Assembly (NCBI GenBank): GCA_964016885.1
Contig: OZ024740.1
Span: 127,472,001-127,536,000, forward strand
Length of the DNA: 64,000 bases
DNA from: Eledone cirrhosa
Taxonomy: Eukaryota
Direction of reading: 5' to 3'
Shown here: one piece after another, positions 31,560 to 44,591 of the stretch
Position numbering within the stretch: position 1 is the stretch's first letter
How the letters are laid out: each line of letters opens with the position of its first letter
Position numbers and translations under genes: made by a program
The notes under the pieces: model-generated
What the model was told of the DNA's origin: nothing
The model's database searches: none
What the model saw: only the letters and a program-made list of their open reading frames with translations

Positions 31560-31760
31560 TCTATGCGATGAACTGGTCTCCATCTGGTGGCGGGGTTGCT
31601 CCAGCATCACCTGACGACGAACGTAACGAAAAGACTTGATGGCAGCCAACATCACTTGGCACGGACGCGAAAAATCCGCCGCTGATCGTGAACGTTGGCG
31701 AGTACTTACTATTCGATGCGCTGGACAGCGTGGAAGAACCTAAGAATAAGACTAAGATAT
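31560..31760 (+). mobile_element. LINE (RTE-like) 3' terminal remnant
   Basis: Reads ...LMAANITWHGREKSAADRERWRVL...; short (taaga)n-like tail. Confidence 0.5.
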
Positions 31761-32839
31761 CTATGACATGCTAATCCAACGTAGGCGTCCAAACTATTTT
31801 AAAGGCAGTGGGGTGGGTTTTAAAAAGGATCGGCTGCTAACGCTAGCAGGTTCAATGTACCTGGACGGATTCTTTCTTTGCTTCATTTTATATTTAATAG
31901 TATTAAAACCTAAAATATTGGATAATGTAGTCATAGATAACTATAAATTCACGGAACAGAAGAAAATATATATCTCTGAAATGTTTACAAATCATATCAA
32001 GAAAGGATTGTGAGTTTGACTAAATTTTTGTAAGCGGAGGAAATGAAATAAAATTATTTCAAGCGAATACTAAAACAATATTTGGGGGTCAGATTTGCAG
32101 ATATTTCATCTTCTGTCGTCAACATAATTACAAGCATACTTTATGTCAACGTTGCAATGTTATCATATATAAGTTTTAGAAGCGACATTTTCCAATGGTA
32201 ATTAAATTGAGTAACACTGCGCGTTTATTCTAAACACTCGGGTATTATTTGAAATGTAGAGATGAGACATGACAACAATTCCATTATTGGAAAAGATTAT
32301 GTTCGGAAGAACATGGTACTGTCATTATGAAATATGTCTGAAAAATAATTGATTACTTTCATAAAAACAGTTCATTACAATAAATGTTTCATCTCTATCA
32401 AATAACAAATGTATGTTTGCACCTGCTCCAGCGTGATTAGACACAGGCCTTGTAATCTAAAGCATCACACACATGCACATAATGTGCGTTTATATCCATA
32501 TATTACATGTAGATACATACGTATATATATATATATATATACGCACACACATAAATGCTTACATAAATGTGTAGATATGTACAAACGCGTGTATATGTTC
32601 ACATGCATGTATTCATATGCAGTACATGGGCCTGTTTGTACAAAATGTACGTATGCGTGTATATAAAAGTGCATGTGCGTGCGTATGTGCATATATATAT
32701 GTATATATATATATATGTAATATTGTAAACATATAATAGCATGTCATTTGTATATAATCCTCATTTCTTTGCATTCATTTTTCCCCTCTAGATTCGAAAT
32801 TCAACGTTATTATGGCCAAATTTTCTTTCCATATATTAA

Positions 32840-33740
32840 TGAGATTTGAAAAGAAGTAGCTCCCCTGCTATCAGGAATGCGTATGGAGGTCTGCTCTCTC
32901 CAGAGAGGTGCATCCTACCGAGGTGGAGAGAATATATTGCATCTCTCACAAACCCACCCATAATAACATAATCTGAGGTATACGATTTGCATCTGGGAGC
33001 GGGAACTAATATTTCGCGGTCCAATGTCACAAGAGCAATGAAAAATATCAAACGTGGCAAAGGCCCTTGGGAGGAGGAAATCCGATCGAGATTTTAAAGT
33101 CTTCAATTAAGAATCTATTCTCTGGCTCATGTTTGTTGCTTGGATCACTGTAAAGGCATCTAAGAAATGGCAAACGGGAGTGATAATCCCAATTTTCTAG
33201 TAGGAAAACATTATAGATTGACCTGATTATAGAGGTTTCTCCGATTTAAGTCTCCCAAGTAGATGCTGAGTGATTGGCAAATCAATTTCGAGTCCAAGCA
33301 AATTAAGGAACACTACTTTTTGCCTCGGATGCAGAGCAGCCGACCAAATATTCAAACAGCAGATTGTCTTTGAGAAATCGTGGAAGAACTACCAAGATGT
33401 GTATTATTGCTTTGCAGACGTCGAAGGCGCATTTTTCCGAGTTCTAGAAATGACGTGGAATTTCTGCAGATGTATGTGATAGAGTGTCTGATTATTGTTG
33501 CGTTGATGTCTCTACAAATGCTCTAGTATTTGTGTTAGGATAAATCGAAAACATTAAAAGTAGGAGTTACACACCAAGAGTGCATAGCTTCGATTCTTTT
33601 ATGTGCTATTTACATGAACAGGATTGTTATGCTCTTCCGTGCTGGAAGTTGTAACATCCGAATTACAATTGATGAATAGCATATACCGTGATTATACCGA
33701 TGGACCTACTGTGACTTTCGCTTCTGAGCGTGACCTAATT
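32840..33740 (+). mobile_element. Degenerate RTE-like LINE RT fragment
   Basis: GCRAADQIFKQQIVFEKSW...YYCFADVEGAF (RT motifs 2-3). Confidence 0.7.
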
Positions 33741-33988
33741 TTTTACAATAATATGCTTTGCTTTCATACATTCTTTTCCCGTGCCATTTCACCAACTCAA
33801 CACACCACACACACACGCAAACACACACACACACACACACACATACATATATATAAATATATGAAACAACACTGTTGTCTCTGATAGAGACGAAGCAAGA
33901 GTGTATTTGAATACATAAAACATGATAAAAGTCATCGCTTGAACAGCATTTAGCGGTTTCAACGGTTGTTCTAGCGATGAGTTCTCTG

Positions 33989-34075
<87 letters not shown>

Positions 34076-34196
34076 GGAGGTGAGTTTTATTGTAGCACAA
34101 TAAAGCAATGCAAATATCGTATAAGTAGCACTCTACAGTTTGTAGGACTGGAGTATAAATAATATAAGATCAAAAGATGCTTAAAAGAGTTCCAAA

Positions 34197-34251
34197 TATT
34201 TTATTATCCGCATTTCATGGGATGATATCTGTGTTCTCATCAGATAAAATA
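34197..34251 (-). ncRNA. Type I hammerhead motif with decayed stem II
   Basis: tattttat-CTGATGA-20 nt-GAAA-tgcgga-TA-ataaaata; 8-bp stem I. Confidence 0.55.
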
Positions 34252-36508
34252 GGGAGACATGATAGGAAGCATAAAAAACACTTGTGAGCAGTGAAGTTTT
34301 AAATCAACATATGTTGATTTAAAACTTCACTTCTACAAAGAACATACTCATACCAAGCAGGAAAACTCCTGATACAGAAAACAGACGCGTTCATTAAAAG
34401 GTTGCGTGGGCGTGCCTTTTATTTCGATAAGCAGCGAAAAGCAGACAACAAACAGGATAAATTTGGGTTTAAAACCTATAATAACCCTGCGTGTAACCCA
34501 GCATTGCTACCCTTCGTAAATGATGTCTCGGAACTCATACGGAATATCAAATTTCGGAATAGGAACAATTCCTTCCAGCAGGACCTGAAGAATAATATTC
34601 GTTCTATTAAAGATTCTAATGCCGTGCACGTCCATTCCGACAAAACTGGCAACCTATATCAAGTGGAGTGCAGTACTTACCATCAACTACTACATAATAC
34701 TGTAACTAAGGATTACCGTAAAACTAATCGGTGCGTTATTAATGATATCAGCGATGCTGGCTTTAAAATCACCTCTTATCTCAACATCCTGGACCGGACC
34801 GAACCTCTGGACCCTATTTCTCCCCACTTTACCCTGAAGGATCACAAATCCAATTTTCCGAACAACCCCTCTATTCGGCTTATTAACCCTACGAAGTGCG
34901 ATTTAGGTAGACTTAGTAAAAGGATTCTTGATAGAATTATACCTGAAATTAGAAGTTCGGCCCCTCTTGCACTGTGGAACAATTGTTTCGCGGTGATTGA
35001 TTGGTTCAACGGCATATGCAACAAGGAACATTGCCGTTTTATCCAATTCGACATCAATAATTACTACTCCTCCATCACTTTACCACTTCTCCTTAGAACT
35101 ATCAATTTCGCTAAAACACTCACAGTGGTTAAGGATTTCGAAGATGATGTCATCCTCAATGCCCGTAAGTCGGTGATTATTTTCGACGACTCTATTTGGA
35201 TAAAAAAATCAAATAGTACCTCATTCGACGTGCGTATAGGCGCCAGCGATTCTGCGGAGATAACTGATCTTATCGGCCTTTTCCTTATTTTCTCTATCAA
35301 GGACAAATTCCCCAATGTGGGCGGTGGTTTGTACCGTGATGATGGTCTTTTGACCATGACTAAATGCGGCCCAGTTGCTTGCGACAGGTTCAGAAAATAA
35401 CTCACAGCCTTCTTTAAAGGCTTCAACCGCTCTATACAGGTTGAGGCCAACCTCTCGGTCGTTAATTACCTCGACGTTACCCTCAATTTATCGAATGGCT
35501 TGTATTATCCGTATAGAAAGCCAAATGATACGCTTAATTACATAGGTAAGCATTCTAACGTGCTGCCAGCATAACCAAGAACCTGGTAAGAGACGTTTCT
35601 TTGAGGCTTTCCCGTCTATCTACTAACGAGCATATTTTCAATGACAAATTCCACATATTACAATGAAGCTCTTGCTCGGAGTGGATTTGTCGATAAGGTA
35701 GCATACACAGAGTACGGGAATATACCTAGAAGAAATAGATTCCGACGCATTATATGGTATAACCCACTATATAATATGGAGGTGGCCACACCATTAGCTA
35801 AGATCTTTCTATCCCTTATTACGAAGCATTTTCCCCCTACACATAAATATAGTAACATTTTTAATAGAAATACTATTAAAATGTCTTACTCTACGACTAC
35901 TAATCTTGCACATAACATCACAGCTTCAAATTTAGCTAAACTACCTAGCCGTAGGAACACGTGCAACGCTGTAGTTAGTAATAACTCTAATTGTAGGAAT
36001 CGGAGTGATTGCTCCCCATCCGGGAAATGCCTCTCTAGTAACATTGTCTACAAATGTAAGGTTGAAACACCCACGTCCCGTAGGGCTTACATAGAGATAC
36101 CCGCCAATAGATTCAAGCAGCGTCTTTACATGCATACCCATTGTTTTCGTTAGCATCTAAGAAGGAATATGACGTCACTTTCAGCTTATATCTGGGGTCT
36201 AAAAGACAACCACACCAAAATATAAGTTAAACTGGGAGATCCTAGCTAGGGCTAGATCGTATAACGGAAATAAAAGACAATGTGACCTCTGCGCCGCTGA
36301 GGCCCTGGAACTGCACTACGCCACAGACCACATCTTAAACAAAAAATCTGAGGCAATTTCGGCTTGTAAACATAAATTGCACAACGCTTTCCTGTATTAC
36401 AGCCCCACATTATACCCTAACGGATAGTACGATCTATACGTGGATATTTTACGTCTTGATATGGGAGCTAAGTATCGGTTTTGTTTATTCCTTTACTTAT
36501 TTGCATAG

Positions 36509-37251
36509 GTAAGTATATATTACCTGTATGTTTTGTGAAGGTACGTATACTTTCTCGTACGTATATTTTATTGTATATGCTATGGCGTATATTTTATATA
36601 TTCTGGTACATATGCTTTTGGTTATGTGTATACGTGAGCTTTGCGTCTGTGTGAGAATGCGGGTTCGTAGTATGTAGGGTGTGTATATGTGTACTTCGTG
36701 TATTGGTTGACGTCGTCTCCGAACATATGTGTATTTACCTCAAGGTATGTGTGTGCGCTTCTTATATACGTATTTATTTATTTATATACGTTTATTTAAT
36801 TATTTGTATACACGCACACACACACACACATATGTATATGTGCGTGTATTTGTATATCTATGGTGAATGTCTTCGCGTATGCTTGTGTATGTACGTATAT
36901 GGAAGCGTGTATGTATTTATTTATTTCAATTACCTCTGTATTTTATTTACTTTATTCTTAACTCTGAAGCCGAGAATAATTCGGTTTCCTAGTTAGAATT
37001 TTAGTCTACGACTTCAGTTATACCATTTACGTGGTTTTGTCTTTGCGTGCAATTGTTCTCCACGGTCCACATATGACGTATTATCTTCGTTTTTTCCGTT
37101 CATTGCCAGAGAACGTCTATATGAACCACCTAAGAGAATATAGTCTACGACTTCTTTTATACCATAAACGTGGTTTTGTCTTTGCGTGTAATTGTTTTTC
37201 ACCGCTTCAAATAATGACGTATTATATTCGTTTTTTCCCGTTCTTTGCCAG
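36509..37251 (+). other. 743-nt spliceosomal GT-AG intron in the PLE 3' UTR/pLTR
   Basis: catag|GTAAGT ... ttttttcccgttctttgcCAG|ggaacg. The paralog at ~29385-29395 (minus) reads catagggaacg, the exact spliced junction. Confidence 0.9.
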
Positions 37252-37348
37252 GGAACGTTTCCACGAACCAAAGTATCGTCTTCCTGTCTTCCTCCAGTTG
37301 CAACGTTTTTTGAAATATTCACTTCTGCGTTCACAGATTGACTTTGTT

Positions 37349-37399
37349 AGTTTCAGAAGATCCTGTTATGGGTGAAAGCAGCGATTCTTTGCTTAAACT
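37349..37399 (+). ncRNA. Variant hammerhead (CAGAAGA core)
   Basis: Third copy of the motif, ~100 nt downstream of the intron acceptor. Confidence 0.65.
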
Positions 37400-37512
37400 T
37401 TAATCTGTTATTGTCATTTTAATAAATATTTGCTCTACGGTTCCTATATATTTGATATAAATTTATCCTTATCGAGCCCTCTTTGGATTTTAGTCTTCGA
37501 ATTTATTATTAT

Positions 37513-37572
<60 letters not shown>

Positions 37573-37732
37573 TAGAATTGGTGCTCTGAAATACCGATAT
37601 ATATATGTATGTATATATAGTGTATTTTGCAATACACTGTATGCTTAATTAAAAGCACTTTGAAGACATTACGCTATTGTTTTAAAGTAGTGACTATGTC
37701 ACTTAATTCTTTTTTCAGCAGGCAAAGGGAGA

Positions 37733-37780
37733 TAAGCTGACATATCTCAGTTTCGTACTGTTGGTACTCCTCAGAGCTTA
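37733..37780 (-). ncRNA. Type I hammerhead ribozyme, family B
   Basis: taagct-CTGAGGA-gtac caaca gtac-GAAA-ctgagatatg-TC-agctta; 6-bp stem I, canonical core, GUC triplet. Confidence 0.9.
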
Positions 37781-38053
37781 GCACTCCCTTTTCCTGCTGA
37801 AAATTATGAATGTTGGATTCTTATAGAATTCCAAGGAATGATCAGGAACTGATTATACTGAGCGGTTGCCGGTCCAGCAAAAACTGAAAATTACAATTTT
37901 GGTGCTATGAATTAACGTTATATATATGAATGTATATATAATGTATTTTGCAATACACTCTAGGCTTAATTAAAAGCATTTTGAAGACCTTACGCTATTG
38001 TTTTAAAGTAGTAACTATGTCACTTACTTCTTTTTTCAGCAAACAAAGGGAGA

Positions 38054-38101
38054 TAAGCTGACAGATCTCTATTTCGTACTGTTGGTACTCCTCAGAGCTT
38101 A
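38054..38101 (-). ncRNA. Type I hammerhead ribozyme, family B
   Basis: taagct-CTGAGGA-gtac caaca gtac-GAAA-tagagatctg-TC-agctta. Confidence 0.9.
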
Positions 38102-39880
38102 GCACTCACTTTGCCTGCTGAAAAGTATGAATGTTAGATTCTTATAGAATTCCAGTAATAATCAGGAACTGATTATACAGAGCGGTTGCCGGTCCAGCAA
38201 AAATTGAAAATTAGAATTGGTTCTCTGAAATAGATTATCTCCCTTTGCTCTGTCAGCTTATCTCCCTTTGTTTGCTGAAAAAAGAAGTAAGTGAAATAGT
38301 CACTACTTTAAAACAATAGCATAAGGTCTTCAAAATGCTTTTAATTAAGCATACAGTGTATTGCAAAATACATTATTTATACATTCATATATATAACGCT
38401 AATTCATAGCACCAATTGTAATTTTCAGTATTTAAAGTTTATATACTTTTAATATAATTACTTTCAATTACCTATAATAATGTAGTGATTTAATACAGTA
38501 TATAAACTTTAAATACTAGATACGGCAGTGAATTATATATGCAATTGTAATTAAATGTAAGGAGTAATAACATTAGATATATATAGGATTAATTTATTAA
38601 TATAAGGGATCTGTCTAACTTATATGTAAGGTGCTGCAATGAATTATATATGAATTATATATGCAGGTATAATTGATGGATAGATTAATGACATTGTAAA
38701 TGATGGATGTATTTGTCTGCCCTAGAGATGTATTTGGTTTTATCATGCAAACAGCCATACGCTACTCCATAACTCACCAGGGGTTATGTGGACAACATTC
38801 TAATAGGTCCTCGGATATGTTTTGAGAGTAGACTGCATTTACAGTGAACTCTGATATAAAGATATGGCATTTTGTATGGAAGGTTCAATTGGAGCACTAT
38901 ATAATAAGGAGTAATCAACTTCCTATAGATACCTTTAATACATTATGATAGAGTAGACTGTATTTAAAATTTAAAATTTAAAATTTAAAATTAGATATAA
39001 ATATATAACCTTTTATATAAGGAACTCAATTGAGGCACCATATAATGTATGTTAGAACAATGAATTTAGATATGAGAATCAGCTAGTTACCTCCCCTTAT
39101 GCATTAACTCCCCTTAATTACACACCTACTTCCGGGTAATAAACCACTGTAAATTCTCGCAGCAGAAAGAACCTATTCTATAAATATGGATTAAATAACA
39201 CTGAGCCTCAATACGCTACAATAATTTAATGCACCAAACATTCAATACGGAATCATGGTAACTTATGTGATGGATGTGAACACTTTTCTTACTTTTCCTG
39301 GATGTGAAAATGGTGGTGGATATGAAAACTATAACTTTCTTTTTCTTCTTCTTTTTCTTTTTCTGCACACATACTTTTTTGATCTATACAAAAAATACCC
39401 TACCACTACAACCACCATAATACTCTTGCTTACACGCTTAAAGTGCTTGCATTACATGTAACACTTTGCCACACAATAATCGTATCTAAATTAGACACAC
39501 TTGCATGCTCCATGTGTAACTAACCCATACACTACATACTAGATCTGACTATCAAACTATCCTCTTGCATTATCTGTATTATCTGCCGAATGTATTTTAA
39601 TTTTGATTTTGATTTTGATTTTGATTTTGAATTTGAATTGCTGTACAAAGATAGTATAGTATAATATGTCACTCCACTGTACATCAATATATATATATGT
39701 ATCTGTATGTCTCTTGCGTTGGAAAGGAAGTCAATTATATGTACAAACATTGAAAAATGGTCCGAAGATTCCAAGCCTAGGTTTGGATGAAACAATTGTA
39801 AGTGAATGAATGCTTTGAACATAGCTTTGATTCTTGTGAAATCTCTATATATATACACACATATATATATATATATATAT

Positions 39881-40014
39881 GGAAAAGAATGAAACGAAAT
39901 TTCACTTCTCACTCTTAGTACGGCTGGTACTTACATGTAAGTATGTATGTATACGTACATACATATATACAGACGTACAATAGTATGTATATATATACAT
40001 ACATGCACACACAA

Positions 40015-40092
<78 letters not shown>

Positions 40093-40447
40093 GTATGGGT
40101 TAACCGAATATTTATTATGATGGTCGGTTTGTTTGTAAACAAACAGCCCGAATTACACATTACAGTGTTCAGGCAACCATCGTCACCTTTTTGTTCAACA
40201 ATGCCACAGGAACGATGTGCTAGTTTCAAGCGTATTACCTATCGTCAGCATCTTATACCTTTCTGTCAGATGGTTGAACGTCTGAAAGTATATACTTTCC
40301 TTATGCATATTAACGGTTGAGCAGCCTAATTTGCATATCGAGTGAGTTAGTTAGCCGGCCGCACTGATAACGATAAATGGAAAAGAATGAAACGAAATTT
40401 AATTTCTCACTCTTAATACGGTTGTTACTTAAATGTAAGTAAGTAAT
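39881..40447 (-). mobile_element. Non-coding HHR repeat, family A (498-nt unit with terminal redundancy); HHR at 40214-40252
   Basis: ggaaaagaatgaaacgaaattt repeated at 39881 and 40379; minus-strand gatg-CTGACGA-..-GAAA-ctag-CA-catc. Confidence 0.8.
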
Positions 40448-40451
40448 ATGA

Positions 40452-41035
<584 letters not shown>

Positions 41036-41365
41036 TGTGTATGGAGAGATATGCATGTGTGTATATATAGATTTTACGTTAATATTGAGTACATGTGTGA
41101 TTGTGCGCCTGTGTGAGCAAAAGATCACACGTTTATATGTGTGTGCTCGTATTTCCATGTAGACGCACATACACCTATGTGAGAACGTATACGTTTACGT
41201 ATTATTACGTATAAGCGTGTGTTTGAGTGTGTGTCTGTTTATGTTCTGGATATTTATTTATATATTTTTTCCCCTCAATGTTATGCCCGCTACTTGAGTT
41301 GAGCCTCATTTGTATATTTCCTAAATTTTGTTTTCAAAAACAATATTTATTAAATATTCCATGTT

Positions 41366-41429
41366 ATTCATTCTAACGACTGAAGACAGATATAAATACC
41401 TGTCTTCAAGAAACCACTGGTAAATGAAT
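41366..41429 (+). ncRNA. Type I hammerhead motif (G5A core mutation)
   Basis: attcatt-CTAACGA-c-tgaagacag/ctgtcttca-a-GAAA-ccactgg-TA-aatgaat; 7-bp stem I, 9-bp stem II. Confidence 0.7.
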
Positions 41430-41741
41430 TAATTATTTTATATTGTTTATTACATAACTAAAAAGCTATGTAGCCTACATAGAACACTCTCTTTTCCTTT
41501 ACCTTTCTTACGAATATACTTCATATATATATATATAACGAAGGAAATGTGGTAAGGAACCAGATGGACCTTAACGCACCAAAGTACTCAATACTTAGTG
41601 TAGTAGAGTGAGTAATAGGAATGAGTAGGATCCCGACGGTTGAGCTCAAGCCGTTTCAACGGCTAATTCTTAAACGGCTTGAGCTCAGGCGTCGGGGTCC
41701 TACTCATTCCTATATATATATATATATATATGCACACACAC

Positions 41742-41872
<131 letters not shown>

Positions 41873-42167
41873 AACCAAAATTAAAAACCATTTTCGCTAA
41901 TACTTTGACATGTCAAAGAAAGGATAAAACATTCTAATTAACTATCATCTTAGAGAAGTAATAAAACAAATCAAATTTAAACCAAAATCTCAATTTGGTG
42001 ATCCGGGTATAAACTAGACCGCGTAAAATCTGTTAGTTTTACTCATATAGTTCCCCGACTAAGAAACACTATTGTTTTGAGAATCTAGATGAGCAAAACT
42101 GACTTATTTTCGTCGGTCTAGCTTATATTCCCCCATCTAAAGTGAGATTTTGGCTCACATTTCCTAC

Positions 42168-42212
<45 letters not shown>

Positions 42213-42868
42213 TGTGTATGTGTGTGTGTGTATGTATGTGTGTACAGGTGTATGTATACATTAATATGCGTACATATATAAAATTAGAGTTATATGTATA
42301 CATATATATCTTTGTATACTTATGAATGTATGTTTGCTTGCGGGTGCACCTGTGTTTATGTATATGTATATACATTGAGGAAATCAGTTTGAATTAATAT
42401 AAGAAGTGGAGAATGAAAAATATTAATTTCTGTTCAGCTTTCTCTACCTTTTGCAAAAGAATGACTAGGTTTTGATCTTTTTCTCCATAAATTAAATCAT
42501 ACAGTTTATTACCAACTGTAGGAAACGTAGACGGAGAGTCTCTATTTTAATGAAAAGAGTAAGAATATATCATGGTATGAAATCTTTTTTCTCTACTATG
42601 AGTAAAATAACCACCACTGCTCCGGCATTGAGTTAATATTCAAAGTCTTAAATTCGATATTCCATTTACATCTGAATGAAGCCAGAGTTCTAGTGTCATA
42701 TGAGAGAAAAGACTAAAATGAAAAATATAAATAACGAATAGTTTGAACAGGATTTATTCGGCAAATGAAATTTTTGTTGCAATATGACAGAAATAACAAT
42801 GTGCGAGCGCATGCATATATAGATATACGGTCTTATGCATATGCATACACACACACACACACATATAC

Positions 42869-42949
<81 letters not shown>

Positions 42950-42980
42950 TGTATGTATATGTATATTATATACAAATATG

Positions 42981-43037
<57 letters not shown>

Positions 43038-43067
43038 GTATGTATATGTATATTATATACAAATATG

Positions 43068-43111
<44 letters not shown>

Positions 43112-43151
43112 TGCGTACACACTCATATATGTGTGTAAATATATGTATATT

Positions 43152-43182
<31 letters not shown>

Positions 43183-43741
43183 GTGTGTGTGCGTGTGTCT
43201 GTGTGTGTGTATGTGTGTGCGTGTGTGTGTGCGTATGCATAGATTGCCTAGGATACTTGATGGATATATATTTTAGTAAAGACTGAATTAAATGGAATAT
43301 TTACCTATATATTGGTAACAGTGTTATACCTCCGACTACTCAAGTATACTACAGTTACAGAATCACCAACACCTTTTTTCATCAGAGTATCATTCGTGCC
43401 ATTAGACATGGCAATATGTGTTATTTTTTACAGCGTTATTTTCTAAAACTGAAGTATGAATCATGAAGTATGAAGTATGAATCTCGGCAGTGTCTAGTAC
43501 AACACAGGACGTAAAACCTATGTTGTTCATTAAATAATTAAGGAATAGATCGCAAGAGAAAAGTAAGAGTAATTGGTAAAGAATTAGAAGCAACAGACAG
43601 AAAAAAGAAAAAAAATGCGATGTACAAAAGGTACTATGATTAGATTATTCCAACTCCTAATACGTAGCGCACAATTGATAGTAGTACTAAGATATAAAAT
43701 ATGTTAAGTGATTGAATATATTATATTATATTATCACTGCG

Positions 43742-43930
43742 ATGGATTGGCAGTATCGGTAGAAGGTAGGTCGCCATGCTTTGACGCATAGAGTTACGGC
43801 CCTTGCCATTCTGAGTTCAAATTCCGCCGAGTTTAACTCTGCCTTTCATCCTTATGGGGTCGATAAAAGAAAGTACCAGTAATACACTGGTGATTTGCTG
43901 GCCTTATGCCAAAAGTAGAAACAATTATTA
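43742..43930 (+). mobile_element. tRNA-derived SINE, family 1
   Basis: A box tggcagtatcggtag, B box gagttcaaattcc, conserved core and tail. Confidence 0.8.
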
Positions 43931-44525
43931 TATATATATTTAATTCAAATCGTTCGTTCTAAGTGATGCACTCCGACGTGTCTTTATCTCTCCTGTAAAG
44001 GAATATTTATGAGTGCCACTCCTAATTAACTGCAGTATCTTCGATACAACCTGGTCTGTTATTGTTGTTGCTGTAAACAAATCCGTCTGCCACAGCAACC
44101 GAATTCTAAGTTTAACGCCTACTGCTAAAGTGCATGTGAATGATCCGGTTCCTGAGAAAGCGGTCGATCATTCTCAGAAATTGATGCTAGGATTTTACGA
44201 TGACTGGATGATATGGTAGTTGAAACATATCTGACCCTGTACACTCTTTGGGTTGATGCTGTGGGACTGTTTATTCTAAGGTATATGTCACCGGTGCATT
44301 CAGAAAGCAACACCAATTATCATTCCCAGCATGAGTTACATATATTTTTTCGTCATATTTTTCTGTTCAAATATTAGCTGTCTGATAAATGTTATAAATG
44401 TTGCATAACTGTTATCATCAAAATATGCGTAACAGCGATTGTGTAATGAATAAATGAAGTAAATTCTAACCACTTAACTTGTACTTCATTATAATATGTA
44501 TATATATATGGAGAGAGAGAGGGGC

Positions 44526-44591
<66 letters not shown>

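Larger units (their letters stand above)
34330..37516 (+). mobile_element. Naiad-type PLE, nearly full ORF (~34330-36400, stops and frameshifts) plus intron-containing 3' UTR
   Basis: ORFs 34402..35400 (KDHKSNFPNNPSIRLINP, FIQFDINNYY, GGLYRDDGL) and 35641..36153 (IIWYNP, NCRNRSDC..KCL); downstream CDLC and CKHK. Confidence 0.92.
37570..38430. mobile_element. Non-coding HHR tandem repeat, family B (321-nt monomer x2 on minus plus inverted partial copy ~38236-38430); retrozyme-like
   Basis: Two direct units, each with a hammerhead, spaced 321 nt; no ORF. Confidence 0.8.

Noticed and set aside
31605-31642. CTGACGA...GAAA hammerhead-like string
   Set aside because: Lies inside a LINE coding remnant; stem II does not pair and stem I is out of register.
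37002-37275. Two ~139-bp tandem units that might be a CRISPR-like or regulatory array
   Set aside because: Simple duplication at the 3' end of the PLE intron; no repeat-spacer pattern.
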